A stretch of 64,000 nucleotides of DNA from Eledone cirrhosa (lineage: Eukaryota), in contig OZ024742.1 in assembly GCA_964016885.1 (NCBI GenBank), positions 183,458,001 to 183,522,000 on the forward strand. Direction: 5' to 3'. The notes under the pieces are model-generated. The model was not told where the DNA came from. It made no database searches and was given only the letters and a program-made list of their open reading frames with translations. Both the position numbers and the translations under genes were made by a program. The stretch's first letter is position 1. Each line of letters begins with the position of its first letter. Positions 27,888-40,569 of the stretch are shown here, in pieces.

Positions 27888-27934
27888 TGGCGAACTAACT
27901 GTTGTGTAACCACTTATATATATATATATATATA

Positions 27935-29800
27935 TAAAAACAGGGAGAAAGAGACGATTATGAGGAAGAAAAAAATATTTTTTTCATTTTTTTTGTGTGT
28001 CTCTTTTTTCTGGGTTAGAAAATGATTAAAACGAAATGTTTTACTTTGTGTGAAGTGTTAAGGTATTAGTTGATTTATTTTTTATTTAACAATGGCATTT
28101 ATTTATCTATTTATATATTTAATTATTGTCTATTACCGGTTTCTGCATTTATATGCATTATCAAATGATAGTGAAAGTGTCGGACATGTTAAACAGAAGG
28201 TGCAGAAAAAATAATGTTATATACAAACAAGGTTTAAGAAGTGAAAAGAAAAAAAGAAAAAGGAAAAAAAACGTGCATAATGTGGAACGTAAAAAGTCAA
28301 TGTGGAAGAAAAGTTAATGTTATTTACAAGCACAGTCATTGAAGTTAAGCAGTTCAAAATGTGTTAATGTCGCAAGAATGTTTAGTTGAACCATGGTTCC
28401 GTGAAGGAGGCAAATGGTGGATTGTGGTTTGATATGATTTTCCTTTTTAGAGAGTTAATATGCAGGGAGAAGCAATTCTTGCTGGGTGATATTTAATTTA
28501 TTTAAGAAAAAGGATTAGGTAGGGTGTGAGGGAAGTAACTCTTGTAAATGTTTGATGGTTTGTTGCAGTTTTAGAAAGATCCGAATTTTAGGGCATTGAG
28601 TACTGGTTGAAATTTATTAATGAAATGTGTTTCCTTATTGGTACGTTGGATGAAAGTAGCGTTGTCTATGAATTTGTAAATGGGGAAAATTTTAAAGTTT
28701 GGAAGTTGGTTAAGAGCACAGTTGGCGATATGTTCACTAAATGCAATCTTTCTGTATTCCTGTATTTTAATTTGCGATTTATGGATGGTCATACGTTGAC
28801 GGAGGCTGTTTTTTGCCTGTCCTATATAGTGCTCTTGACAACCTGAGCAAGTCAAAACATAGATAAGGTTTTCAGATGCACATGTAAAGTTGTGTTTAAC
28901 TGTGAAACGTTGTCCTTGTTTAAAATGGAATGTTGAACCTTCTATTAGATTTATGCATATGCCACAGTTGGGCCTTCCGCATTTTGTTACTGTAGGGTTT
29001 ATTGTGAGGGTTTGATGGATTTTGGCTTGTGTGAGGATGATTTTTATAGATTTGGGTTGTCTTTTGCTCTTTATGATGTTGTGTGTTTGGAGGATATTGT
29101 TCATTCTTGGGTCTCTTTTTAGTAAAGGAATGTTCTGGAGGATGGTGTCGAATGTCTCATTGTTGAGGGGGTTGTGTGTGGAGATGTATGGTAGAGTTTT
29201 TTGTTGCGGTTCACTCCTGGGTTTGGGGTGTCTGAGTTCCTGGATGTCTAGTTTTAGGGCACGTTGGAATCCATTGGTGATTAGGGATGGTGGGTAGTTT
29301 CTGCTGATAAGTGTGTTTTTTAATTCTTCTAGTCGTGTGTAGCATGTGTATTTATCTGAAACTATTGTGCAGATCCTTCTGGCTAGGTTATAAGGAATTG
29401 CCATTTTGGTGTGTCTAGGGTGGCACGAGTTGAATGGAAGGTATTGTTTGGAGTCTGTGGGTTTGTAGTATATGTCTGTTTCTATTTTGTTGCTTGTTTT
29501 CTTGATGAGGATGTCGAGGAAAGGGAGTTCTTCATGGCTGTAAGCCATTGTGAATTGTAAGTTAGTGTTGAGTCCATTCAGAAGGGTTTTAAACTCAATC
29601 AGTCTATCTATACTTTCATGCCAGAGGATGAAGCAGTCGTCCAGATATCTCTTCCAGTTATTTTCTATGTGTTGGTAGAAGTGGTTGCCGTATTTATCTA
29701 GAACTTTGCGGTAGAGAATGGTTTCCAAATATCCCATGACAAGGTTGTCGTATGAGGGCGGCGCCACTTTCGTGCCCATGGCAGTCCCAGATTTCTGGTT
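27935..29800 (-). mobile_element. Penelope-like element (Neptune-type), 5'-truncated
   Basis: RT C-half plus Cys-rich linker plus GIY-YIG ORF, followed by ~630 nt of downstream sequence ending at (TA)n. Confidence 0.85.
28571..29779 (-). CDS. Penelope-like RT (partial) + GIY-YIG endonuclease, 402 aa open frame
   Basis: GTAMGTKVAP, WKRYLDDCF, LPFLDILI, TDIYYKPTD..YL..SCHP.H, CGRPNCGIC, NLIYVLTC..C..HYIGQ..LRQRM.IH. Confidence 0.85.
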   Translation of the reverse strand: MGTKVAPPSYDNLVMGYLETILYRKVLDKYGNHFYQHIENNWKRYLDDCFILWHESIDRLIEFKTLLNGLNTNLQFTMAYSHEELPFLDILIKKTSNKIETDIYYKPTDSKQYLPFNSCHPRHTKMAIPYNLARRICTIVSDKYTCYTRLEELKNTLISRNYPPSLITNGFQRALKLDIQELRHPKPRSEPQQKTLPYISTHNPLNNETFDTILQNIPLLKRDPRMNNILQTHNIIKSKRQPKSIKIILTQAKIHQTLTINPTVTKCGRPNCGICINLIEGSTFHFKQGQRFTVKHNFTCASENLIYVLTCSGCQEHYIGQAKNSLRQRMTIHKSQIKIQEYRKIAFSEHIANCALNQLPNFKIFPIYKFIDNATFIQRTNKETHFINKFQPVLNALKFGSF

Positions 29801-30757
29801 TATATACGCAATGAAACTTTACATAATATACATATGCATTTTTATAACATACACAATTACATAATATCATAAATGTTTATATTAATATACATATGTGCAT
29901 TTAAGTATATATAAAGGTTCAGACAAACTAAGATATGTGGGTGTATGTGTTCGAATATATATGTGTATACGTATGTACATATATAAATATATGCATATAT
30001 ATATATGTATAGTTATGTACATATATAAACCAGATAGAAAAATGCGTACAGCAAAAAAAAGTAATATTGTTGGAATATAAACCTTTAAAAATACAGGACA
30101 AGAAACTAAGATAAAACTTTAAAGAATTGGACAAGAAATAAAAAATGTTACAATAATATTAGTGGCAACATTTTTATTGGTAAAAAATCGAGTTCCACAT
30201 TCAGAGGTCGTCGTCAGACCGGGGGGGGGGGGATCATTTGATCCTGGTTTGAACACCAATTGGGCCATAACCATACCCCTATTTCATCATTCGGCGACAC
30301 GCCTCATGTGTCATGCATAATGTGAATGGACCCATGGGCCCATGAGCACAGATCTTGAGCAGCAGCGGACGGTCTTGTCGTCCCGCTCATCCTTGATCTT
30401 GACCAACCCGTCCATCTTCTCCTTGCATCTTGTCCTTGAGTTCAAGTCCGGCAGTCCAGATGAATGCGTGCCACAGCTTTCTGGTACAGGAAGGGGGAGC
30501 AGGAGGACTGGAGGGATGACGGGACAGAGGGAGGGAGGACCGGTGGTCGAGGGAGGTGCCGTAGTCGGTGGTCAGAGTCGACATCTTGTCCCGGTCGTCT
30601 TCTCCATCTTCATAAATATGTACATACATATACACATATGCATATATATATATATGTATATTTATGTACATATGCATATATATGTGTGTTTATATAAATA
30701 TCATATTTATATATATTTTTATTAGTGTATAATACATACATATATATATTAATACAT

Positions 30758-30796
<39 letters not shown>

Positions 30797-31064
30797 CATT
30801 GTTTATACACACGCATATATATATTATATATATATACACATGTATGTATATATATATATTGTACACACACATATATATACATACATTCATATATGTTTGT
30901 GTATGTGCATGTGAATATGTACGTGTGTTACTGAAACGTTATTAGTTTTGCCATTTTATTTGATATCTGTTGTAAAAAAAAATATTCAAAGCCAAACAGC
31001 AAGTGAAGTCTTCAGCAAAGTTCCTCTCGAATGTCCATATTATGACGTATATACATATATATAC

Positions 31065-31240
31065 AATGATATTAAATAAATGGAAACTATATTTATAAAA
31101 CCATATATATTGATACCCTTGAAATATATATATTTCAAGGGTACCAATACTTTGGTACGCTATCAGCAGATAAAATACAAAGTTTGTTTTATAAATTTTG
31201 ACATAACCAAGAAAAATACCTTAACGGTTCAAGTTTTCCT
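31065..31240 (-). mobile_element. Hammerhead repeat family A, rearranged copy (core CTGCTGA)
   Basis: Homologous to 27173-27320; contains a perfect 30-bp palindrome at 31114-31143. Confidence 0.7.
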
Positions 31241-31368
31241 TGGAATATGTGTGTGTGTGTGTGTGTGTGTGTAGATGTTTATTGAAAGAGAAGGTATAGT
31301 CCGTCCCTTCGGGGCTATATCCACACTCGCTCCTCTCTCTTTATATATATCTATATATACGCCCACAC

Positions 31369-31440
<72 letters not shown>

Positions 31441-31443
<3 letters not shown>

Positions 31444-32095
31444 AATGAATATATGATAGGGATAAACACTGATACAAGTATACATGTGTTTGCATTGCAA
31501 ATGACCAAGTTAGCTAGATTTGTATTACACGGCTCAGAAATATTCCTTTCTTTGAGCTATTTAATTGTAAAAGACTATTTGAGTTTATAACTCTATATAT
31601 AGTATTCTCGGCTCCATACGTGAGCTAATTTTTAGTCCCATAAAACCGGCTGCTATTTTTAGAGGCACGAGTATGAGACAAGCTAAGCGCTGTAACACAT
31701 GTGCGTTCAACAACACATTTCTCTCAGTCTTCTTAAGTATTTTGAAGTGAAACTTACCAATTTCTGGATACCTCCAGAAGAGCACAGGAATAGGAACTTT
31801 CACTTAATTGTTGCGAAACAAATTAAAAATATAAAATTTAAAATTTGTCCAGGTATCACGGCTATTGCCAATATAGGTTTGTTTTTATTGATTTATTATT
31901 TTAAATCGAGACAGGCAAACCGTATTATTTTAATTAGTATTTTTCAATCTAGCTAACTTGGTCATTTGCAACGAGAACACATGCATACTTGTATCAGTGT
32001 TTATCCCTAACATATATTCATTTGTATTACACGGCTCGGAAATATTCCTTTCTTTGAGCTAATTAATTATAAAAGACTATTTGAGTTTATAACTC

Positions 32096-32100
<5 letters not shown>
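31441..32100. mobile_element. Unclassified 660-bp element with combined inverted and direct terminal repeats, between (TA)n runs
   Basis: 31441-31520 is the inverse of 31946-32025; 31518-31600 directly repeats 32020-32100. Confidence 0.65.
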
Positions 32101-32163
<63 letters not shown>

Positions 32164-32202
32164 GATATTAATAAATGGAAACTATATTTATAAAACCATA
32201 TT

Positions 32203-32267
32203 TATTTCATTATACATATTTCAGGGATACCAAATTAAATTATGGTATGCCTTCATCAGACAAAATA
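32203..32267 (-). ncRNA. Minimal type I hammerhead ribozyme motif (family A, intact core) within repeat 32161-32340
   Basis: Minus strand: TATTTTGT-CTGATGA-AGGCATACCA/taatttaatt/TGGTATCCCT-GAAA-TATGTA-TA-ATGAAATA. Stem I has two G.U pairs; stem II differs from the 27208 copy while keeping pairing. Confidence 0.75.
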
Positions 32268-32469
32268 CAATATATAACAGTTTTACAAATAAGCTTTGAC
32301 GTACCCTTTTAAAATGCAACCATTATTTTTGGAAGCCATCTTATATATATATATATATATATATCTGGCCCTTAAAGCGATGAAATGCCTGGGACGGTTG
32401 GAGGGTCACTGATGAAGGACTTACTTTTTCATATGTATCCCATTTGCAACGCGCAGCTTCATTATTATC

Positions 32470-32544
<75 letters not shown>

Positions 32545-32629
32545 CATGTGCGTGCATGTGCGTGCATGTGTATTTGTGTGCGTATGTGTGCGTGCGTGCG
32601 TGTGTGTGTGTATATGTGTGCGTGTGTTC

Positions 32630-32660
<31 letters not shown>

Positions 32661-33279
32661 AGTGTTAGCGAGTGCATGGACAAACATCAGTTCATACGAA
32701 GTGTATTGAGATTATGATATGGAAAAATATAAAACAAAACTAAACAAAACAAATAATACAAGCATACCCACCACCCCCACGAACAAAATAAAGTCAGAAC
32801 GTAAAGCAAAACGCAAAGAGTTTTGTGCCCTTGACAAAAAAATAAAAAAAAAGTAAAGCAAGAAAAAATAAACAAACCAGAAAAAAAGAGATAAAAAAAG
32901 ATATATATAAAATAAAATAAGAGGCGGAAATGAAGCCAGTACATTAAGGTGATAAAGATAAAGATCGTGTAACTGGTATTTAAAGACGAAGACGGTGATG
33001 GCGGTGGTGGTGGTGACGTGTGAGCCGATGGTGGAGGAGAAGAGGAAGTTAAGGTTTTGAACAGGCAGCGACATCAGCTTGTTTAGTCTTAATCGGTTTT
33101 GAGGCAATTTTTATGAGAGAGAGAGAGAGAATTATTTATTTATTTGTTAGATTGGTGACAATGTCGGTCAGGCTTTTATTGTTGTTGTTGTATCGTTTGT
33201 TTGTTTGCTGATAAGGTGACAGTGGTAATGACAGTGGCAGTGGTGGGATCTTCTGACGTAGGAGGGAAGGAAACACTAT

Positions 33280-33280
33280 A

Positions 33281-33319
<39 letters not shown>

Positions 33320-33342
33320 CATTACTGCTGCTCCTGCTGCTG

Positions 33343-33373
<31 letters not shown>

Positions 33374-33383
33374 CACCACCACC

Positions 33384-33433
<50 letters not shown>

Positions 33434-33495
33434 CACCACCACCACCACCACCACCACCACCACCACCACCACCACCACCACCACCACTACTACAG

Positions 33496-33543
<48 letters not shown>
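33280..33543. repeat. (TAC)n/(CAC)n compound trinucleotide repeat
   Basis: Directly visible. Confidence 0.95.
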
Positions 33544-35669
33544 AATGATAAAGTCACAAGGCCAGCAATTTAGAAGTGGAGGAAGTTGATTTACATGGAC
33601 CACAGTATTCAACTGGTACTATATTTTATCATCCCCGGAAAGGTGTAATGCAAAAAAAGTTGATCTTGACTGGATTTGAACTCAGAACCTTTTTCGTTCG
33701 ACACTCTAGCGAGTCTCAAGGCCAGCAATTTTGTCCGATGCAACATAAGAATGCTGGTGGCATGGATATTATTACTAAAAAGCGTCACAACTGTTTGAAA
33801 TATTGTGGGCGGTTGCTGTAATTAATTAAACTCTCACTATATATATATCTTCGTACTTACTGACTTGGGTGATTGATTGCGTACTTACATAGTTATTTAG
33901 CTATTCAAATATTAGTAGAAGAGGCGTGTATAGAAGAAACATATAACATGATTATGCATAATTAAACATACGTAGTCTCGCTCTGAGTATTTTTATCTGT
34001 TATTTATATTACAGTTACCTCACTAACTGTGAAAATAACGAATACATGCATTTCATGAACCGTCATCAACGACGCTTACTCACGCAGTGGAACACTCAGC
34101 CACTTGCATGTTAATATCACGGGTTGATCCGCCAAAGTGCTGGTCTTGTGTCTAAATTAGAAATTATAAAATGGCGATGAATTTTGAGCAGCGGGTACTA
34201 TGGCTTCCAGCGTTTATTTACGTTCCTTTACGTTGAGTTCAAATCCAGCTGCGGTCAACTTTGCCTTTCATGTTTTCGGGGTTGATAAAATAAAGTAGCT
34301 GTAAAGTACTGGTTTTGATCTAACGGATTTTCCCCTACAAATAAATTGCTGGCCTTGTGTCTAAATTGGAAACGAAGTGTATACGAAAAATTTATATCTG
34401 CATATATACAGATATAAATTCATCCAAGACTGTGTAAATGTGTATATGTCTATATACACATGGAGCATCTAGACATATAAACATGTTCAATTTCCGTATT
34501 TCCGTGTAAATTAAAATTAAATAAAATTATATATATTATATATGCCCCAGCATGGCCCCAGCCGGGTGGCTGGAACAGGTAAAAGAGTAAAGAGTTTAAT
34601 CGATTTTTGAATCGTATCGGCTTCTTCTCATCAGAAGATATCTATTTATTATTTTATGGCTATATCACATCTTTCCATTATTCATTAAATCGAGTAAAGA
34701 AGGTGTTGTAGAATTTGGGGTCAGTGTGACATTTTTGGTTGCAGAATCGGTAGAAATTTTCTGAGGGATTGCAACAAGAACGTTTGTGCCGTAATTTCCT
34801 TTGACTATATAAATAGTCTGAGAGAATACTATCGTTAAAACTACGTAACGTGTCACAGCATCGCCGTCTTATCTATATATCTAAAACAGAGAATGTCTGT
34901 CTGTCTGTCAGCTCACTAAAACTCGAGAACAACCCAATCGATTGTTTTCAAACTTTACACATGTAATATTTATGGTATGTGAGTGTTTTGAGGAAAATTT
35001 TTTTTCCAATTTTCAATGCCTTAAGGACCGCATTAGGTGATTTAGCGATCTATCTTTATAATTCTTAGTCTTTTCTTTTAGATAGATACATAGATATAAC
35101 GTTGCACCCTTATAATATCTGTCTGCATTACGACATTATGACGCGGTGTGTGTGTGTATATATATATAGTGTGTAACGTTTTTTGAAATATTTACTTCTG
35201 CGTTCACAGATTTATTTTTTTAGTTTCAGAAGATCTCGTTAAAGCAGTGATTCTTTGCTTAAACTTTAATCTGTTATTTTAATATATATATATATATATA
35301 TAATATAAGTTAAAACAATGAAATAAAAAATCAAGTCCTTAGAGATATACTTCACTGCTTTACGATCGTTTCTAGATGGTGATAATACATTGTATCTATA
35401 CTCAGTTATTGATCTATGTAAGTTTACAAACTATCAGATAGAGAGAATATTTACTTACATGCATATCACCAGCTGTTTTCAAAAGCAATAATAATTTTAC
35501 TCAGAATTAGTATCATGTCCATATTTGGAGGTAGTTGAAGAACTAACGAATCAAATTGCTTTTTTCATATGGTGTTAAGATGAAAAGTAATACACTTTAG
35601 TTGAGGTCATGACCCTTTGAAAGGAATGGTTGAAAGGTGTTAGTAGAAATGGCAAATTAGAAAATTTGT

Positions 35670-37632
35670 AACGCATCCACTATGGGATAACACTTCCCAA
35701 GTTATCGAATGGTTTACTAGAATTGAGAATAAAAATTCAGCTTCATTCATTCAATTCGACATCGATTCCTACTATTCTTCGATTTCTCCAATTCTTTTAA
35801 ACAAAGCACTGATCTTTGCCAGAAATAGATCGGATTTATCTACTGAGGAAATCAACATCATAACTCACGCTAGAAAAACCTTACTAAACTTCCAAGATGA
35901 ATATTGGACAAGAAACACGTATAACAACTTATTCGATATTACGATGGGATCCATGGACTCTACTCAAGTTACAGACCTCGTTGAACTATTTCTCCTCTAT
36001 AACATTAATGACTCTTTTCCCCACCTCAAAGGTGGTCTTTATCGGGATGATTGTCTATTGTTATCTAACAATCTTAGCAATTCCAATATAAAAGCAAATT
36101 AGAAAATTTCTCAAGGACTATTACAGCCTTAACATCACTTTTGAAAACACTTCAAAAGTAGCTAATTTCCTTGATGTTACCTTAGATCTCTCTACGAATA
36201 CTTATCAACCATACCACAAACCTAACCAGAATCTACATTATGTACATTCACGATCTAACCACCCAGGCTCTATACTCAAGAACTTAGTATATAACATTTC
36301 TCTTAGACTTTCTAAATTATCTTCCAATGAAGATATATTTTATAATAATGCACCTTTCTACAACGAGGCCTTAACTAGAAGTGGATATAAAGAAAAAATC
36401 TCATATATCCCCAACACTACTGTGGACCAAAACATAAAACCTAACAAAAACTACAAACACCAAAAAATACCATTGAAACAAATACCTAAAGTGGTTATTC
36501 CTATTACACCAAACAACCGAAAAACCACAACAACTATTACTACACGATCTATGACCAATGTTATCAACCCACATATGAATACAAAGCACTCAAAATCTCA
36601 TAATCTACCCCAAAATAACACCAAATACAACCACGATGATTTACCAAATTCCACAAATAAGGACACTAACCATAGGAACTCTTCTAGAACACAACACAAT
36701 AATATGAGGGATAATAAAAACTTAACTAAAAACCGCAAAAGAAACATAACATGGTACAACGCACCCTTCAACCTGCAAACTATTGGACAAATCCCCCCAA
36801 AATTCTTTGAAATACTACATAAACATTTTCCACCAAACCACAGATACCACCAAATATTTAACAAATATACTGTTAAATTCTCATACTCTACATCAAGCAA
36901 TCTCAAACAAAAAATAAGCAACTACAACATTTATAAACTTTAAAATAATATGACTACACCACCGCAACATAATTTAAATAGGACTGCACCTTTTAAAAAG
37001 ACAAATAATACAATCCTTCAACCTAGAAAACACAACCACCCAAATCACCAACACAAAAACAACAGAACACAAAATCACAATACAACCCTAGCACCAAACC
37101 ACCCACAAAGCAACCTTCATTCTCCTGCTATCATTAATTACAATAGGAATAGCTCAAGGATTAATGAGAATAGTATAGGCACCCCAACAACCATCTTACG
37201 TATGGCTATAATTGCAGAAATAGAAGCATTTGCCCCTTAAATGGCAACTGTTTGATTAATAATGTAATATATAAATGCACTGTGTCTACTACAGACTCCA
37301 ACAAAACATATATAGGATCTACATCAAACACATTTAAGAAAAGATTTTACACACACTCTAGTAGTTTCAACAATACTAAACTAGCTAACACCACATCTTT
37401 AGCTGAAGCGGTAAATAATTATAAAAAGAAAAAAATAGATTTTAAGTTATCGTGGAACACCATTCTACAAAAAATTCCATATCTTGGAAACAGGAGGGAA
37501 TGCAGATTATGTTCAGGAGAGATCTTGGAAATTACTAAATCTAAGGACGATTTATTAAATAAAAGGCAGGAACTGATCATAGTTTGTAATCACTGTGTAC
37601 GAAGAACATTTAAATACTATAAACCTAATTAA
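35670..37632 (+). pseudogene. Frameshifted Penelope-like RT-GIY-YIG ORF
   Basis: FIQFDIDSYYSSI, FDITMGS, GGLYRDD, NFLDVTLDL, YHKPN..YVH..SNHP, ITWYNAPF, CPLNGNCLINNVIYKC..TYIGST..FKKRF..H, CRLC..E; several stops and frameshifts. Confidence 0.85.
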
Positions 37633-37849
37633 ATACTATAAACCTAATTAAATATTCTAAATAGCAACTCACTATAATTCGGTATAGAATAACATTTATT
37701 AGTACCTCTTTCCCCTAATTATATGCTTTCATGCTTATTTTTGCCTTTTAATATTTTAACTTCCTTAGGTTTATGCGTTAATGACTAAAGGCAACAAGAT
37801 ACACAACCACCCGTAATAGCATGAGTAAAAATAAACATCTATATATGAT

Positions 37850-37882
37850 ATGGAAATATATTTATGTGTGTATATATTTGTG

Positions 37883-37930
<48 letters not shown>

Positions 37931-38112
37931 TATGTATGTGTATATGTGTATATATGTATATGGTTGTATATGTATCTGTATGTGTGTATGTGTATGTATA
38001 TGTATGTGTATGTGTATGTATGTGTATATATGTGTATATATATATATGGGTGTGTATATATATGTATATATATATATATGTATGTGTGTGTATGTGTATA
38101 TATATATATATG

Positions 38113-38191
<79 letters not shown>

Positions 38192-38494
38192 ATATGTGAG
38201 TATAGGTGTATGAATGTTTATATATGAGTATGTGCACATGTAAGAGGAGTGTACATATACTCACACAAGTGTGTATATATATATGTGTGTGTACGTGTGT
38301 GTGTGTGTGTTGTATATGTATATATATATATGTATATATATATGTATATATATATATGTGTATATATATATATATGTATATATATATATGTATATATATG
38401 TATATATATATGTATATATGTGTATATGTGTATGTATGTATGTATGTATGTGTATGTGTATATGTATGTACATGTATGTATGTATGAGTGTGTG

Positions 38495-38525
<31 letters not shown>

Positions 38526-38690
38526 GTATGTGTATGTGTATATGTATATATGGGTGTATATGTATATATGGGGGTATAGATGTGTATGTGTGGATACAGA
38601 TATGTATGGATATGTATATATATGATTATATGCATGCGTGTGGATGTGTATTTAGGTTTGCATCTATTTGCACATATGTATATTTTGGTT
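37850..38690. repeat. Complex (TA)/(TG) microsatellite tract inside the Penelope element
   Basis: Directly visible. Confidence 0.9.
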
Positions 38691-39598
38691 AGATATCAAT
38701 ATAACTGCACCTCTCTCTATATGTAGTGTGAATATGTGCACTTTGTAGACTATGAAATTTATGTGTTTTAACTATGCCAACATGTACTTATCTGAGTTTG
38801 ATTGTTTATGCATAAACATACTTAGCAATATTTTAGAGCGTATAATATATAATATGTTATATTATACTGAGTGCAATTTACCACACCGTACTATTATATT
38901 CTGTTGGTTAAGTTGTATATTATCGCATCACTATATCTCATTATCTCATTATAATTTTCACCTTTTAATATATTATCTTTCCTAGCCATAACATTAATTT
39001 ATATTCACCTTAAAACTCAATACAACACTAATCACCATTTATTTTGACATTTCTTTTTAATTCACTATACAAGATACATTCAACTATCAGTTTGACAATC
39101 CCCTTCCTTCCTAATAGATTTTTATGCCATTTCTACTAACACCTTTCAACCATTCCTTTCAAAGGGTCATGACCTCAACTAAAGTGTATTACTTTTCATC
39201 TTAACACCATATGAAAAAAACAATTCGCCAGTTCTTCAACTACCTCCAAATATGGACATGATACTAATTCTGAGTAAAATTATTATTGCTTTTGAAAACA
39301 GCTGGTGATATGCATGTAAGTAAATATTCTCTCTATCTGATAGTTTGTAAACTTACATAGATCAATAACTGAGTATAGATACAATGTATTATCAACACCT
39401 AGAAAGGATCGTAAAACAGTGAAGTATATCTCTAAGGACTTGATTTTTATTTCATTGTTTTAACTTATATCATGACTCTGTTTTCCTTTTAATGTTTTAT
39501 TGTTTTCTGAGATTTATCTTAACCTACAACATTTTCAACATATGGATTACATTGAGTTCTTCATACAGAATAGACCCCACAACTTACAGTGGATACCT

Positions 39599-39701
<103 letters not shown>

Positions 39702-39877
39702 TATATTCGTGTACAGATATTTTTGCATATACAATAACAAAATATAAACAAACGTATTTATTTCACGAGGCTTGATAAGGATAAATATATAAGCAAATCC
39801 CGAGCAACGCCGGACCATTCTGCTAGTTACATCATATAACAACTCACCATATATTAACAATTATGTTCTTTCCAACC

Positions 39878-39913
39878 CTTCTTCTTCTTCTTCTTCTTCT
39901 TCTTCTTCTTCTT

Positions 39914-39944
<31 letters not shown>

Positions 39945-40197
39945 AGAGGGTCTTGGGGGGGGGGGGGGGGGGGGTCCACAAACAATCCTTCCAGCGAGTC
40001 CTTTCAAAAACAACTGTCTCCAACTGATCCGACTGGATCCCCAAGCGAGACCAGCCAAACTCATGGATGTTATCCAACCATCTTGCTTGAGGTCTACTCC
40101 TGGGTCTCCTGTCGGTTGAGTTTGCCCGTAAAATCTGTCCAGCTATTCTTTCCTCAGACATTCTCACCACATGCCCATAATATCGGAGCTTTCCAGC
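39878..40197 (-). mobile_element. RTE-type LINE 3' fragment with (GAA)n tail
   Basis: LRYYGHVVRMSEER..RRPRSRPQARWLDNI; (TTC)n at 39878-39943 on the plus strand. Confidence 0.75.
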
Positions 40198-40569
40198 TCT
40201 ATAAATAAAATACCAGTCAATTACTGGGTCGAATTTCTCCCTCTGATTCTTTCTCACTCTCTCACATCAATTATTCTCTTTTTATCTTCCTATATCAACC
40301 TTCCTCACTTTCTCTCATTTTCAACCCTCCCATTCTTCATCTAACAACCCTCACTTTCCCCTTTGGACGAACATCGGCGGTGTTCAGACCGGGAGAGAGA
40401 TGTGTTTCGTCGGGTATAAAATGGCCAAGACACGCTGCCGTATGTCGTCACTACGACTAACGGAAGATAAATGACACAAGGAAGGAGGGAAATAACGAAG
40501 TTATGAACAGTTATAAATCTATATCTGAAAACAAGAGAAAAAATGTATATCTACTATTATTAGCAGAAT

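Larger units (their letters stand above)
35303..39470 (+). mobile_element. Penelope-like element with inverted ~350-bp pseudo-LTRs
   Basis: 35303-35654 is the inverse of 39125-39470; internal RT and GIY-YIG remnants. Confidence 0.88.

Noticed and set aside
32365-32465. CTGATGA at 32410 in an island between (TA)n runs
   Set aside because: No correctly placed GAAA or stem III downstream.
33176-33557. Mucin-like poly-Thr / poly-Val / Ser-Gly ORFs
   Set aside because: Translation of a (TAC)/(CAC) microsatellite.
37821-38692. YI/CV/HT-rich ORFs here and at 280-747, 1577-2669, 30610-30934, 32341-32717, 41619-41955 and 44380-44774
   Set aside because: Dinucleotide repeat translations.
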